From an uncultured Eubacteriales bacterium (lineage in GTDB: Bacteria; Bacillota; Clostridia; Oscillospirales; UBA644), in NCBI GenBank assembly GCA_934501435.1, contig CAKSTW010000003.1:67842-131841 (forward strand): 64,000 nt of DNA, read 5' to 3'. The translations under genes and the position numbers were made by a program. The notes beneath the pieces were generated by a model. The model was not told the origin of the DNA. It was given only the letters and a program-made list of their open reading frames with translations, and searched no databases. This document shows, in pieces, positions 51,803 through 61,279 of the stretch. How positions within the stretch are numbered: position 1 is the stretch's first letter; the number at the start of each line of letters is the position of its first letter.

Positions 51803-53785
51803 TTATTCTTCTTCGGCTACCGCGCTCTCGGATAGCATCTTTGCGAAATGTCCTTCGGTAATAATCTTCGTTCCATAGTTCAATGCAGTTGAAAGTTTTT
51901 TTGTTCCCGGCGCTTCACCGACGATCAGATAGGTTGTATTTTTCGTCACGGAATCATTTACATTTGCTCCGAGGAGTTTCAAAAGTTCGGTGATATCCTT
52001 GCGGTTCATACCGTTCACGGTACCGGTCACCACAACATTGGCATTCACAAACGGATTACCCTCTTCCCCGATTTTAACGGGCTGGTCAATAAAGGTAATT
52101 TCTTTCAAAACAGGTTTCCACAGTTTTGCTTCCGTCTCATCAGCGTACCATTTATAAATATTTCTGCTTAATGTTTGGGAAACGCCGGCAATATGAAAGA
52201 AACAAAACTCCTCTTTGATTGCTTTCTCGAAATCGTCCCACGATCCGAGAAAATATTCGTCAATCGCTCTGGCATTATTGGGTCCCATAAGCGGAATGCC
52301 GACTGCAACCAGAAACTGCGCCAGATGGCATCGTCTGCTGTTCTCAACGGCTGATATTAGTTTATCATAAGTCCCATAGCCAAATCCGGGCGTTGTCAAA
52401 ATCCTCTCGCGGTACTTTTCCAGATCATACAGATCCGCAAAGGTTTTTACAAATCCGTATGCCATCAACTTTTCGAGAACAGAGGCATTGAAGCCTTCCA
52501 TATTCATTGCATTTTTATCGCAGAATCTTGCGATTTTCTGAGCGTTTCTGGCAATACATTCTTCATTGGGACAATATAGGTTTTTTGTACCGCCGGAAGC
52601 GATCTTAAGTTCAAGTTCACTTCCGCAGCAGGGGCATCTGTCGGGAAGTTTATATGTCCCGCTCCGGGTAACGTTTTCCGAAATCTGAGGGACAATCATA
52701 TTGGCTTTATATACTTTAATTGTGTCGCCGATTCCGAATTCATACTTCTCAAAATTACTGAGAGAATGAATATCTGCCCGCTTAACATAAGAACCGTCAA
52801 TCAACACCGGATCGAATTCGGCGCAAAGAGTTATCATTCCGTTTCTTGTTGTAGCAAGTTCCACTCCACGGAAGACCGTCTCGTATTCGTCATCCTCCCA
52901 CTTAAGGGCAAGCATTCTGTTCTCATGGTGCGCAGTGGCTCCGAGGCTTTTGCCGAATGAAAGATCATTATATTCAAAAATGAGCCCGTCAACAGGATAA
53001 TCGTATTTTTCGGGATTAAAACTTTCAATGGTTTTTTTAAGCGCCGTCTCTCCGGAAAACGCATGAATAAGTGTATGTTCAACTACATCAAAGCCGTTTG
53101 CCGAGAGAAAGTCCAACTGTTCCTCTTTCGTAGTTCCGCCATCACCGGGAAGGATCAGTTCAAATGCGTAGAAATCCATATGAGAAAGGTTTCCCTTGTC
53201 GGGGGTCAGGCTTCTCACAAGCCCGGCGGCAACGTTTCGAGGGTGACTCGGTGAATTATCTCTGTTGAGCAGTTGATAATCTGCCCATGAAACAACTCCT
53301 TCACCCCGAACCTCAAAACTCTTTCTGCAATTCACTTTTTTCGGTATGTTACGGAGATATCTGACCGTATTGGTAATATCCTCGCCCACAAGCCCCTCTT
53401 CGCCTCTGGTAACGGCTTGCTTAAAGTTCCCGTCCTCATATCTCAGTACAAGAGTAAGTCCGTCCATTTTCCAGGATAACATAACATCGTTTCCGGCAGC
53501 AAAGTGAGCGACATCATCAACTGACTTTGTTTTCTTAGCCGAAAGCATAGGTCTGGAATGCTCAACTTTTTTCAGTTCGGTCTTATTACAGCCGCCGACC
53601 CGCTTTGTCGGAGAGTTTGCAAATACAATACCGGTGACGGCTTCCAATGTTTTCAGTTCATCCATTAAGGCATCGTACTCCCTGTCCGTCATGACAGGAT
53701 TGTCTTCGCCGTAATATGCTTTATCGGCGTCCTTAATAATTGAAATCAGTTCTTTAATTCTTGAAACATTATTTTTTTCCTCCAT
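51803..53785 (-). CDS. ligA: NAD-dependent DNA ligase (LigA family), divergent island-borne copy
   Basis: Domain Ia YYGEDNPVMTDREYDALMDEL; adenylation lysine SWKMDGLT; TRGEEGLVGEDIT; Zn finger CPCCGSEL...YCPNEEC; HhH region; C-terminal BRCT (VVVTGTVNGMNRKDITELL...YLIVGEAPGTKK). Confidence 0.85.
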   Translation of the reverse strand: MEEKNNVSRIKELISIIKDADKAYYGEDNPVMTDREYDALMDELKTLEAVTGIVFANSPTKRVGGCNKTELKKVEHSRPMLSAKKTKSVDDVAHFAAGNDVMLSWKMDGLTLVLRYEDGNFKQAVTRGEEGLVGEDITNTVRYLRNIPKKVNCRKSFEVRGEGVVSWADYQLLNRDNSPSHPRNVAAGLVRSLTPDKGNLSHMDFYAFELILPGDGGTTKEEQLDFLSANGFDVVEHTLIHAFSGETALKKTIESFNPEKYDYPVDGLIFEYNDLSFGKSLGATAHHENRMLALKWEDDEYETVFRGVELATTRNGMITLCAEFDPVLIDGSYVKRADIHSLSNFEKYEFGIGDTIKVYKANMIVPQISENVTRSGTYKLPDRCPCCGSELELKIASGGTKNLYCPNEECIARNAQKIARFCDKNAMNMEGFNASVLEKLMAYGFVKTFADLYDLEKYRERILTTPGFGYGTYDKLISAVENSRRCHLAQFLVAVGIPLMGPNNARAIDEYFLGSWDDFEKAIKEEFCFFHIAGVSQTLSRNIYKWYADETEAKLWKPVLKEITFIDQPVKIGEEGNPFVNANVVVTGTVNGMNRKDITELLKLLGANVNDSVTKNTTYLIVGEAPGTKKLSTALNYGTKIITEGHFAKMLSESAVAEEE

Positions 53786-53858
53786 ATCCGCACCTCTTCT
53801 TTTCTTTATACACGAATTATAGCAACAGTAATGTACCGATTATATCCCGCTGAAAATT

Positions 53859-54476
53859 TCATGCTTCCTGTTGATGCTTTTGCATTTCGTTTTCTTTGAT
53901 AAGTTTCATATACCAACCGTCAACGCAAAGTCTGAGGATCGAACATTCATAATTTATTGCGGAATATGTGCATGAGTCTTCCAAACAAGCGGTTTTAATG
54001 GCCAATGAAGAAGTAAGCAATTTGAATTTCTCGTCATTGATATAGAATACTTCTCCCGGAGTCAAATCGCCTTTAATATCGTCAATAACAATAACCGGCC
54101 GTATTCTGCCGCCCGTATCTCCGTCATAAGACCGGTTTGCGTTGTTGTTTGAAACGCAATAATGCTCGTATAACCACCAGTTATCTTTTGTGTCCGGAAG
54201 ATTGTTGCATAACAAATCAAAATCATGCCTTGTTAAAAGTGAAGCTCCGACGGTTTTAACGGTTCCTTCTTTTTTCCCTTTTCCGACATAACGGAGAGTT
54301 GCCTCACAACGTTCGGTAGTAGTAAGGAGCCTGGCTTTTTCTCCTTTTTCTTTATTATTCTTTTTATATACTGCAGATCTGCAGCCATTGAGGGTATTGA
54401 TGGTTTTTTCAATTTCCTCTTCGGACATAGAGGACAAAAGTTCTTTCAGTTCATTTGTAAAATCATTCTTATTCAT
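53859..54476 (-). CDS. hypothetical protein (205 aa)
   Basis: Track ORF 53859..54494, trimmed to ATG 54476 (MNKNDFTNELKEL), 6 nt after SD AAGGAG, which overlaps the upstream stop codon. No motif recognised. Confidence 0.6.
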   Translation of the reverse strand: MNKNDFTNELKELLSSMSEEEIEKTINTLNGCRSAVYKKNNKEKGEKARLLTTTERCEATLRYVGKGKKEGTVKTVGASLLTRHDFDLLCNNLPDTKDNWWLYEHYCVSNNNANRSYDGDTGGRIRPVIVIDDIKGDLTPGEVFYINDEKFKLLTSSLAIKTACLEDSCTYSAINYECSILRLCVDGWYMKLIKENEMQKHQQEA

Positions 54477-54486
54477 TGTGAACTCC

Positions 54487-56013
54487 TTACTCATCGACTT
54501 TTATTCTGCCGATCTTTCCCCACGGCGGATTTCTGTCTTCGTTATTGATTAACCAAAGGACAGGGATACCTCCCGCCTCACTTTCGGCAGGAAACTCGTC
54601 GTAGCCATCTGTAATTATGATGATATATGCCGGCGGCTCATCTGTCATGTTTTCGTTCATATAGCGGAAAATAGCAGAAAAGTCATTTCCACCGCCGCCG
54701 ACCGGCTTAATTTCCATGACATCCTCAACTGACGAGAACGGTATTGGCACCGTAACGTAACTTTCCGTAAAACTTAACCAGCCCTCCAGTTTCCCGTTAA
54801 ATTGATCAATTGCAGCACATATCTCGCTGTAAGCAGCACGGATAGCATTGTCCCCGATAGATCCTGAGGTATCTATCAGAAACCATATATTTTTGACACC
54901 GGACTCTTTTTCATTAAAGTCGGGTAAAAGAAACATACTGTCCTGAAAGCGCCTGTCCGGTGGATTAAAAGAATAATCGTTTATTTCTTCCTGAACAAAA
55001 TCCTGTAAAACTTCTCTCCAGTCGGTTTGCGGTTCTGTTAATTCCATGAGAATTCTTTGAGCCATCAAAGGTGGTCCGCCATAACCTTCATGACTATCTT
55101 TGATACTGATTATTCTGTTTGCGATTGTAGTAGCTTCAATCATTCTCTGAAGCCAGATATCTTTTGAATATCCATCATCTGTTTCGCTCTTATTATATGC
55201 GCTGCAATGGTTTGATTCATATTCTTCTCCATATTCATTACAGCTTTGCCCCGGTGACCCCGTATCACCCATACCCCAGTAGGTGTGATCATCAAAGCCG
55301 CCGTCAAAACGCGCGGGACCGGTGCCGCCTTCACCGCTGCCGCCTTCATCACTGTCGCCATCACCACTGCCGCCTTCATCATTGCCGCCTTCATCACTGT
55401 CGCCATCACCACTGCCGCCTTCATCACTGTCTCCTTCACCACTGCCGCCTTCATCACTGTCGCCTTCATCACTGTCTCCTTCACCACCGCCGCCTTCATC
55501 ACTGCCGCCTTCATCATTGCCGCTGTTCATGGGATTATTTTTCTTTTTTTCAGTCTCATTACAACTATGAACTAGTTTGTATACTTCTTCTGCCGAATAC
55601 TCGTAACCTTCCTTTCCGTCAGGAGCAATATGCATGCTCTCACCGTAATTTTTTAAAGTGATTTTCGAGAGATCCATATCAAAGGAATACAGAATATTGG
55701 AATTAACCACTATGTCACAAGCTGTATTAAAATCATCGAAGTCATAAGAATCCGATTTTCTGTTGCAATGGTTCAGCGCGGCATGGAGTACTTCATGCAT
55801 AAGAACAAATTCAAGTTCTTCATCCGATAGGGAATCTATAAAATCCGGACAGAAAACGATCCGGCTCCCGTCTGTGTAGGCAGTCTCGCACATAGGGTCA
55901 AGTGAGAATTGCATATGAAGAAGAAGTACCGCATAGAACGGCTGCTTTCTCATCAAAGAAAGCCGAGACGCCTGCAGTCTCTTTACAATTTTCAATACTT
56001 CTTTACTGAACAT
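54487..56013 (-). CDS. HExxH metallopeptidase-like domain + acidic repeat linker + vWA (MIDAS) domain protein (DUF2201-like)
   Basis: N-terminus [12 protein letters not shown]...[16 protein letters not shown] (HExxH). Central (G/S/D/E) repeats. C-terminal v[13 protein letters not shown] (MIDAS DxSxS) ...IIIITDGYD. Overlaps the MoxR gene by 11 nt. Confidence 0.8.
   Translation of the reverse strand: MFSKEVLKIVKRLQASRLSLMRKQPFYAVLLLHMQFSLDPMCETAYTDGSRIVFCPDFIDSLSDEELEFVLMHEVLHAALNHCNRKSDSYDFDDFNTACDIVVNSNILYSFDMDLSKITLKNYGESMHIAPDGKEGYEYSAEEVYKLVHSCNETEKKKNNPMNSGNDEGGSDEGGGGEGDSDEGDSDEGGSGEGDSDEGGSGDGDSDEGGNDEGGSGDGDSDEGGSGEGGTGPARFDGGFDDHTYWGMGDTGSPGQSCNEYGEEYESNHCSAYNKSETDDGYSKDIWLQRMIEATTIANRIISIKDSHEGYGGPPLMAQRILMELTEPQTDWREVLQDFVQEEINDYSFNPPDRRFQDSMFLLPDFNEKESGVKNIWFLIDTSGSIGDNAIRAAYSEICAAIDQFNGKLEGWLSFTESYVTVPIPFSSVEDVMEIKPVGGGGNDFSAIFRYMNENMTDEPPAYIIIITDGYDEFPAESEAGGIPVLWLINNEDRNPPWGKIGRIKVDE
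55321..55525. repeat. imperfect tandem repeat (units of about 15-30 nt) inside the vWA gene
   Basis: Repeating ACTGCCGCCTTCATCACTGTCGCCATCACC-like units encode [10 protein letters not shown]-type acidic repeats on the minus strand. Confidence 0.9.
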
Positions 56014-57121
56014 TTCCGTTTCTTAACCTTCCTCTTTTTTCGGCATATTCCAGATATTCCGGTACAGACCGAAGAAACTTCTCGTAATCCTTTTCAAAAA
56101 TTTTATAGTTTTGAATCAAAAGTTCGCCAAAATCCGCAGGAAGCCGTTTTGCATAAGAAATTGAATTACCGATGGCTACTGAATCATATCTATGTTCACT
56201 TGCATAAGCCGTCATGGAGGATACGAGCGCATACTTTGCGTCTGCTCCTTTCGGAACATCAATTGTCGTTCCGGAAAAAACAGCATCCATAGTCGGAAGA
56301 TCGTTATAAACCTTACACCACGCTCTGAATTCAACAGCCGCCCCAGAACCGATCAGACCGGCAATCATCGGATACATAGTTGCCACATTATCCTTTACGT
56401 TATTAAGCAGGCAACTTACCATTTCCCATGAACGGGGTGTAGGAAATGCCAAATCATCATTTGTTGCATCAAACCCGAAAAGTCTGTCATTCCGAAAAGA
56501 GAGGTATCCGAGGACCTGACTGTTGATACCGACTTTTACCGCCCATTTTCTCCATGATTCAAAGCTGCCTTCAATTTCAATATGAAGAAGACGATTTGCA
56601 AGAGCTTTCGGCATTTTGAAAGATACCGACTTATCCGTGACCCGGTTTCCGGCAGCAATTACAATACAGTTATCAGGCAGTTTGTGCTCACCGACGACTC
56701 TGTCCAGCGTGATCTGATAAGCAGCAGCCTGAACCGATTGAGGCGCTGCCGATATTTCATCGAGAAACAGAATGTTTATAACATTGTTCCCGGGATCCAT
56801 TTGAAAGATTTTCGGCTTCAGCCAAACAGCAAGCGTTCTATCCTCACTTGCAACAGGGATGCCCCGAAGGTCAATCGGATTAAAAAGGAGAAGCCGCACA
56901 TCAATAATTTCAACATGTTTGCCCGTATCTGCTTCGATCGTTTTTGCAATCTGACGGACAGCCTGAGATTTACCGACACCGGGAGGTCCCCAAAGCATCA
57001 CGGAGGGTAATACTTTCGGGGAAAGCCCCGCCTTTATGACGCTCAGATACGATTTGCTGAGCATATTTACGGTTTTGTCAATAGATAATATCGGAAGATT
57101 TGTGGATACTGTACTTTCCAT
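56003..57121 (-). CDS. MoxR-like AAA+ ATPase (AAA_5-type)
   Basis: Walker A LWGPPGVGKSQ, Walker B ILFLDEISAA, IVIAAGN (sensor 1), PKALANRLLHIEI. Confidence 0.85.
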   Translation of the reverse strand: MESTVSTNLPILSIDKTVNMLSKSYLSVIKAGLSPKVLPSVMLWGPPGVGKSQAVRQIAKTIEADTGKHVEIIDVRLLLFNPIDLRGIPVASEDRTLAVWLKPKIFQMDPGNNVINILFLDEISAAPQSVQAAAYQITLDRVVGEHKLPDNCIVIAAGNRVTDKSVSFKMPKALANRLLHIEIEGSFESWRKWAVKVGINSQVLGYLSFRNDRLFGFDATNDDLAFPTPRSWEMVSCLLNNVKDNVATMYPMIAGLIGSGAAVEFRAWCKVYNDLPTMDAVFSGTTIDVPKGADAKYALVSSMTAYASEHRYDSVAIGNSISYAKRLPADFGELLIQNYKIFEKDYEKFLRSVPEYLEYAEKRGRLRNGNVQ

Positions 57122-60100
57122 TATGATGCCACTCCTAATTCTTCATTCAGTTCTTTCAGTTCATTTCTTAATTTGTCAATTTCGTCCGCGTAACCCTTGA
57201 TTTCTTTATTCAGTTCTTCTTCTGTAATCTTAAGTTTTGTTTCAAGACTCAGAAGAACATCTTCGTACTTTGCTTTCTGTTCATTAAGACTTTCAAGAAA
57301 ATTATTCAGCCTTGCAGTAATACCGGACTCGGATTCGATCTCAAGGTAGTAAGTATTATTTTTGATAAGGTGTACGTATGGAATCGGCTTTCTTGCCACA
57401 GAAATATCTTCGCCGGAGCCCTGTGCGTCCTTTCTTCTTTCCGGCCTTCTCGGAACCATGTATGCCGGAACAACAACCTTGAATCCCTGAAAAGTCAAAA
57501 CTTCAACAGGTTCAGGATTATTACTGTGAGACTGAACCGCTCTGTAAATTGCTTCACGGATCGCCTTCTGGTCTTCGTACTTCATTGATTTGTAATCAAT
57601 CTTTTCTTTTTGGTACGCATCAATGTCCATTTGACATTTGGCAATTCTCTCCTTCTGTTTCTCAATTTTGGTCGGCAGTTCTCTGACAATCTGTTCCTTC
57701 TTCCTGTGATTATCCATATAATCTTTCTGAAGGATCCTGTACTTATCCAGTTCGTTGCACACTTCAACTCTGCGTTTGATTTTCGGATTACCGACCGCAA
57801 GGGCTTTCACTTCAGCATAATTCAGAACCGTGTCGTCAATATCGGTTCCGTCTCGCATAGTTGCCTCTCCTGCCATAATCTGACTGATAAATCTCTGTTT
57901 TGTTTCAAGAAGCTGCCAGGAATATGCATCAAAACTTGCTTTGGTAATATATCTGAAGATTTGTACCTTCTTATTATCATTTCCCCGGCGAAGAATCCTG
58001 CCTTCCCTCTGGACCATATCAGAAGGTCTCCACGGCACATCGAGGTGATGAATAGCCGAGAGACGCTTCTGAACATTCATACCATGTCCCATCTTTGCAG
58101 TGGAACCAACGAGTACGGCAATTTCACCCGCACACATTGCCTTGAAAAGATCCTGCCGCTGAATGTCGGTATCTGCATCGTGAATGAATGCAATTTCCTT
58201 TTCGGGCATTCCCATGGCAATGAGCAGAGTTTTCAGTTCATCATAAAGATTAAATCCTTCCTTGGGCGTAGAAATATCACAAAACACAAGCTGTGTTCCT
58301 TTGGTATCTCTGGTGTTTTGATAGACCTCGTAAACATTTTCAGCGCAGCGAATAACTTTAGAATTGAGATCCAGACCGAAAGCTGTATCAATAAGGCGCA
58401 TATCAAGCGCGGCTTTTCTCCCGTCGGAAGTTACTTTCAGCATATTGTCTTCTTTGATGGTTACGCGTTTCTGCCTGATATCATCGGCACGATTGCCGAT
58501 CTCCCGCAGATAATCCCTGAAGTCGTCGGACCCTTCCCGCAACGAATCTTTGTATCCCTCCAGTTCGGGAATTCCGGCTGTTTTATCAACCTTATGAAAA
58601 TCCGCAACGGAAGCAAGCGTCGCCGTCAACTCCGGAATGTTGCAAAATCTCGAAAAACGCGTAACGAGGTGATAACTGTTTGTATCAACGTCAATCTCAA
58701 AATCTGTCGTCTTTTCGGCATACATTCCTGCCCATGCATCAAAATTCTGGATTTCCTGAAATTCAAGTTCGCCTTCCTGAAGATACTTCTGTATGACAAA
58801 GATATCGGAAAGTGAGTTTGTTACCGGAGTACCGGTTGCAAATACAATTCGGCCTCCGTCATTCATCCGTTGAATGCAGTGAACCTTATCCATCATACCG
58901 TTACCTTTTGCAGCTCCGCCGCTTCCGAGGCCTCTTACTTTTGAAATTCTGCTTTCCAGATCAATGTTCTTATAGTTATGTGCCTCGTCAAGAAACAAAG
59001 TATTGATTCCCAACTCATCAAAAGGCATGGTTTTAGGTGTTTTTCTGTATGAAAGCTGAAGTTTGTTCAGCGACTCCCGAATATGCCTGCGTTTTTTTTC
59101 AATCGTTGTTTTCGAGTAAAAGTTCTTTGTTGCCTTTTCCAGTAATTCAAGGCGTTCTTTATACAACATGATATAATATCTGTCCGAAAGCGAAAGCATA
59201 TCGAAACAGCTGTAAGTCATCAGGATCGCGTCAAAATCCTCATTCTTAATTTGATTGAGCGTCTCGCTGCGCTTATGGGGTCCGAAATTTTTGATGCTGA
59301 CGGTAAAAATATTTGCATCAGGGTACATGGTTTTAAAAATACTTTCCCACTGACCTATAAGGTTATTCGGCACAACATAGAGGTTCTTCTTTGACTTGCC
59401 GAGCCTTCTGAGTTCCATACCTGCCGCAATCATAATATAGGTCTTCCCTGAGCCGACGTCATGGGCAAGAAGCGTGTTCGGAGAAAAGAGTATCCTTGCT
59501 ACTGCATTCTTCTGATAATCATAAAGTTTGACTTTATCGCTAAGCCCCGGAAGTTCAAGAAAAGAACCGTCATAAGTTCTCTTTTTAATGTTTCCGTATT
59601 TTCTGCAATAAGCAGCCTGCAATCTTTTCTTTCGGGCTTCATCTTCCCAAACCCAATTTCGGAAGATATCGATCATATATTTCTGCTTTTCAAGAAGTTT
59701 TACTGTTTCATCCTGATTTATGACTCTTACTTTACAATTGGGATCGCTCGGATCCTTGGAATCAGACACAGAAAGAGTCTTCATATTAAGAGTATTTTCC
59801 AAAACATAAAGCATGTCCATTCGATCCGTTCCGTAAATTTTATAATTGACCTCTTCAAACATGCCGTGAAAATGACTTGTCCGGAAACGCGTCTTTTCGG
59901 GGATTTCCCAATATCCCGTATACTCATCATGGCGAACGGCATAGTCGTTCTCCTGACTGATGCAGTAATATTCTTTGGCTTCCTTGCTGTTAAGATTCCC
60001 TCCGAAAGCCATGTATGCAATAAAGTCATCAATAACATCAGTCGGAACCCACGGAGAACCAAGCGTTACATAGATATCTTCTGTTTCGATGTCAGGTTCC

Positions 60101-61068
60101 AGTATCCCTTCAAGCGCCGTAACATTATTCTGAAAATATCCGTTATAATTTTCATTGGCCTCTTTAGCCACTTTATATTTGTGCATAAGGTTACCGGAAA
60201 GATACTCGTCTGCGGTTTCCCATCCCTTATAAAAAACCTCATTCCAATGAAGAGGATTCTGATAAATAGACCCTCTCAGGGTTTCAATGACCGTTTTCAT
60301 ATCTTCGCCTGTTACTGATGCGATAAATTCAATGTCAACAAGTCCGAGCATATCCAGAGACATCATAAGGGCGTCGGACATGGAATCACAGCGTTCGGAG
60401 GCTCTGGCATCATCGTCATAGGCATTAACGAAGTCTATGGGAAGGTCCATTCGCGTGACCTCATTTACATGCTCAATGCGTTTCTTTTCACGACGCGCTG
60501 CCGCACGTCTGGCTGCAGCCTGTCTGCGCTTATTCCATGCTTCGATTTCTTTCTTCCTTTTTTCCGCTTCCTCTTCAAGTTTCCGTCGTGTTTCTTTTTC
60601 ACGAGCCTCAAGACCGGCGACCTTCAGAGATTCAATGGCGATATCAAGATCTTCAAAGGAAAGGACCTCTCCGACATCTTTCAGTGCATTAAAGAAGTTG
60701 TCCATGCGTTCATTGCGGATTTTCGCGGCGGAAACAAGGTCAATGTACTGATACTTTGAATAATCCGTTGAAACTTTTTCATTGCTCATATGATGGAATG
60801 CGCGAACTTTATAATAATAGGATCTCCCGTCCGGAACATAAAATTCTATTACGGGCGAAGCACTGCTCCCCACTTTGACGTACTTCCCGCGCGGCGTCTC
60901 GCTCTGATACACTTCATAGATTTCAGCGCCTACTATGGCTTTTATTCTTACAAGAACCTGCGTTCCGCTTACAAAGAACGAAAACTCCGGAACCACAACT
61001 TTAAAAGTGTCCTCTGCGTATTCCGGCTTTTCCCCCTCAATGATATTAGTAACATCTGCCTTTTTCAT
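57121..61068 (-). CDS. SNF2-family helicase (1315 aa) with a long N-terminal extension
   Basis: Motif I LLAHDVGSGKTY, motif II LFLDEAHNYKN, motif III FATGTPVTNS, motifs V-VI LVGSTAKMGHGMNVQ and QREGRILRRGN. The pre-helicase segment (EYLSGNLMHKYKVAKEA...VTLGSPWVPTDVIDDFI...YDGSFLELPGL) resembles, from memory, the helicase half of large plasmid/phage methylase-helicase proteins. I see no NPPY/DPPY methyltransferase motif. Confidence 0.85.
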   Translation of the reverse strand: MKKADVTNIIEGEKPEYAEDTFKVVVPEFSFFVSGTQVLVRIKAIVGAEIYEVYQSETPRGKYVKVGSSASPVIEFYVPDGRSYYYKVRAFHHMSNEKVSTDYSKYQYIDLVSAAKIRNERMDNFFNALKDVGEVLSFEDLDIAIESLKVAGLEAREKETRRKLEEEAEKRKKEIEAWNKRRQAAARRAAARREKKRIEHVNEVTRMDLPIDFVNAYDDDARASERCDSMSDALMMSLDMLGLVDIEFIASVTGEDMKTVIETLRGSIYQNPLHWNEVFYKGWETADEYLSGNLMHKYKVAKEANENYNGYFQNNVTALEGILEPDIETEDIYVTLGSPWVPTDVIDDFIAYMAFGGNLNSKEAKEYYCISQENDYAVRHDEYTGYWEIPEKTRFRTSHFHGMFEEVNYKIYGTDRMDMLYVLENTLNMKTLSVSDSKDPSDPNCKVRVINQDETVKLLEKQKYMIDIFRNWVWEDEARKKRLQAAYCRKYGNIKKRTYDGSFLELPGLSDKVKLYDYQKNAVARILFSPNTLLAHDVGSGKTYIMIAAGMELRRLGKSKKNLYVVPNNLIGQWESIFKTMYPDANIFTVSIKNFGPHKRSETLNQIKNEDFDAILMTYSCFDMLSLSDRYYIMLYKERLELLEKATKNFYSKTTIEKKRRHIRESLNKLQLSYRKTPKTMPFDELGINTLFLDEAHNYKNIDLESRISKVRGLGSGGAAKGNGMMDKVHCIQRMNDGGRIVFATGTPVTNSLSDIFVIQKYLQEGELEFQEIQNFDAWAGMYAEKTTDFEIDVDTNSYHLVTRFSRFCNIPELTATLASVADFHKVDKTAGIPELEGYKDSLREGSDDFRDYLREIGNRADDIRQKRVTIKEDNMLKVTSDGRKAALDMRLIDTAFGLDLNSKVIRCAENVYEVYQNTRDTKGTQLVFCDISTPKEGFNLYDELKTLLIAMGMPEKEIAFIHDADTDIQRQDLFKAMCAGEIAVLVGSTAKMGHGMNVQKRLSAIHHLDVPWRPSDMVQREGRILRRGNDNKKVQIFRYITKASFDAYSWQLLETKQRFISQIMAGEATMRDGTDIDDTVLNYAEVKALAVGNPKIKRRVEVCNELDKYRILQKDYMDNHRKKEQIVRELPTKIEKQKERIAKCQMDIDAYQKEKIDYKSMKYEDQKAIREAIYRAVQSHSNNPEPVEVLTFQGFKVVVPAYMVPRRPERRKDAQGSGEDISVARKPIPYVHLIKNNTYYLEIESESGITARLNNFLESLNEQKAKYEDVLLSLETKLKITEEELNKEIKGYADEIDKLRNELKELNEELGVAS

Positions 61069-61113
61069 TCAAGCACCTCTGATTTGTTCTTATACCTGTA
61101 TTATACAAAATGT

Positions 61114-61135
61114 AATGTCCCGTTTTCGGTGCAAC
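61114..61135. promoter_or_regulatory. operator-like inverted repeat (island motif, site 5, degenerate)
   Basis: AATGTCCC-GTTTTC-GGTGCAAC, 46-67 nt upstream of the SNF2 ATG. It lies next to a TGTATAAT -10 on the minus strand. Confidence 0.5.
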
Positions 61136-61244
61136 CATATTTGAGTTGAGAATTTGTAGAAATATGTTAAACATGAGGAATTCTTTCATCTTATGCCGAT
61201 ATGCACAATACTTAATGCAGGCTGTTCGGTGAAAACTAACAGTC

Positions 61245-61279
61245 AAAAAAAAAGACCCACTACCTTTCGATAGTGAGTC
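61245..61279 (-). terminator. intrinsic terminator downstream of lysS
   Basis: Minus strand GACUCACUA-UCGAAAGG-UAGUGGGUC followed by U9. Confidence 0.8.

Noticed and set aside
55140-55661. Cluster of repeat-derived ORFs (55140..55517, 55164..55661, 55285..55575, 55322..55570) and the possibility that the ~30-nt periodicity is a CRISPR array.
   Set aside because: The repeats are contiguous with no unique spacers. They lie inside a continuous reading frame with peptidase and vWA domains on either side, so this is a coding tandem repeat. The other frames are by-products.
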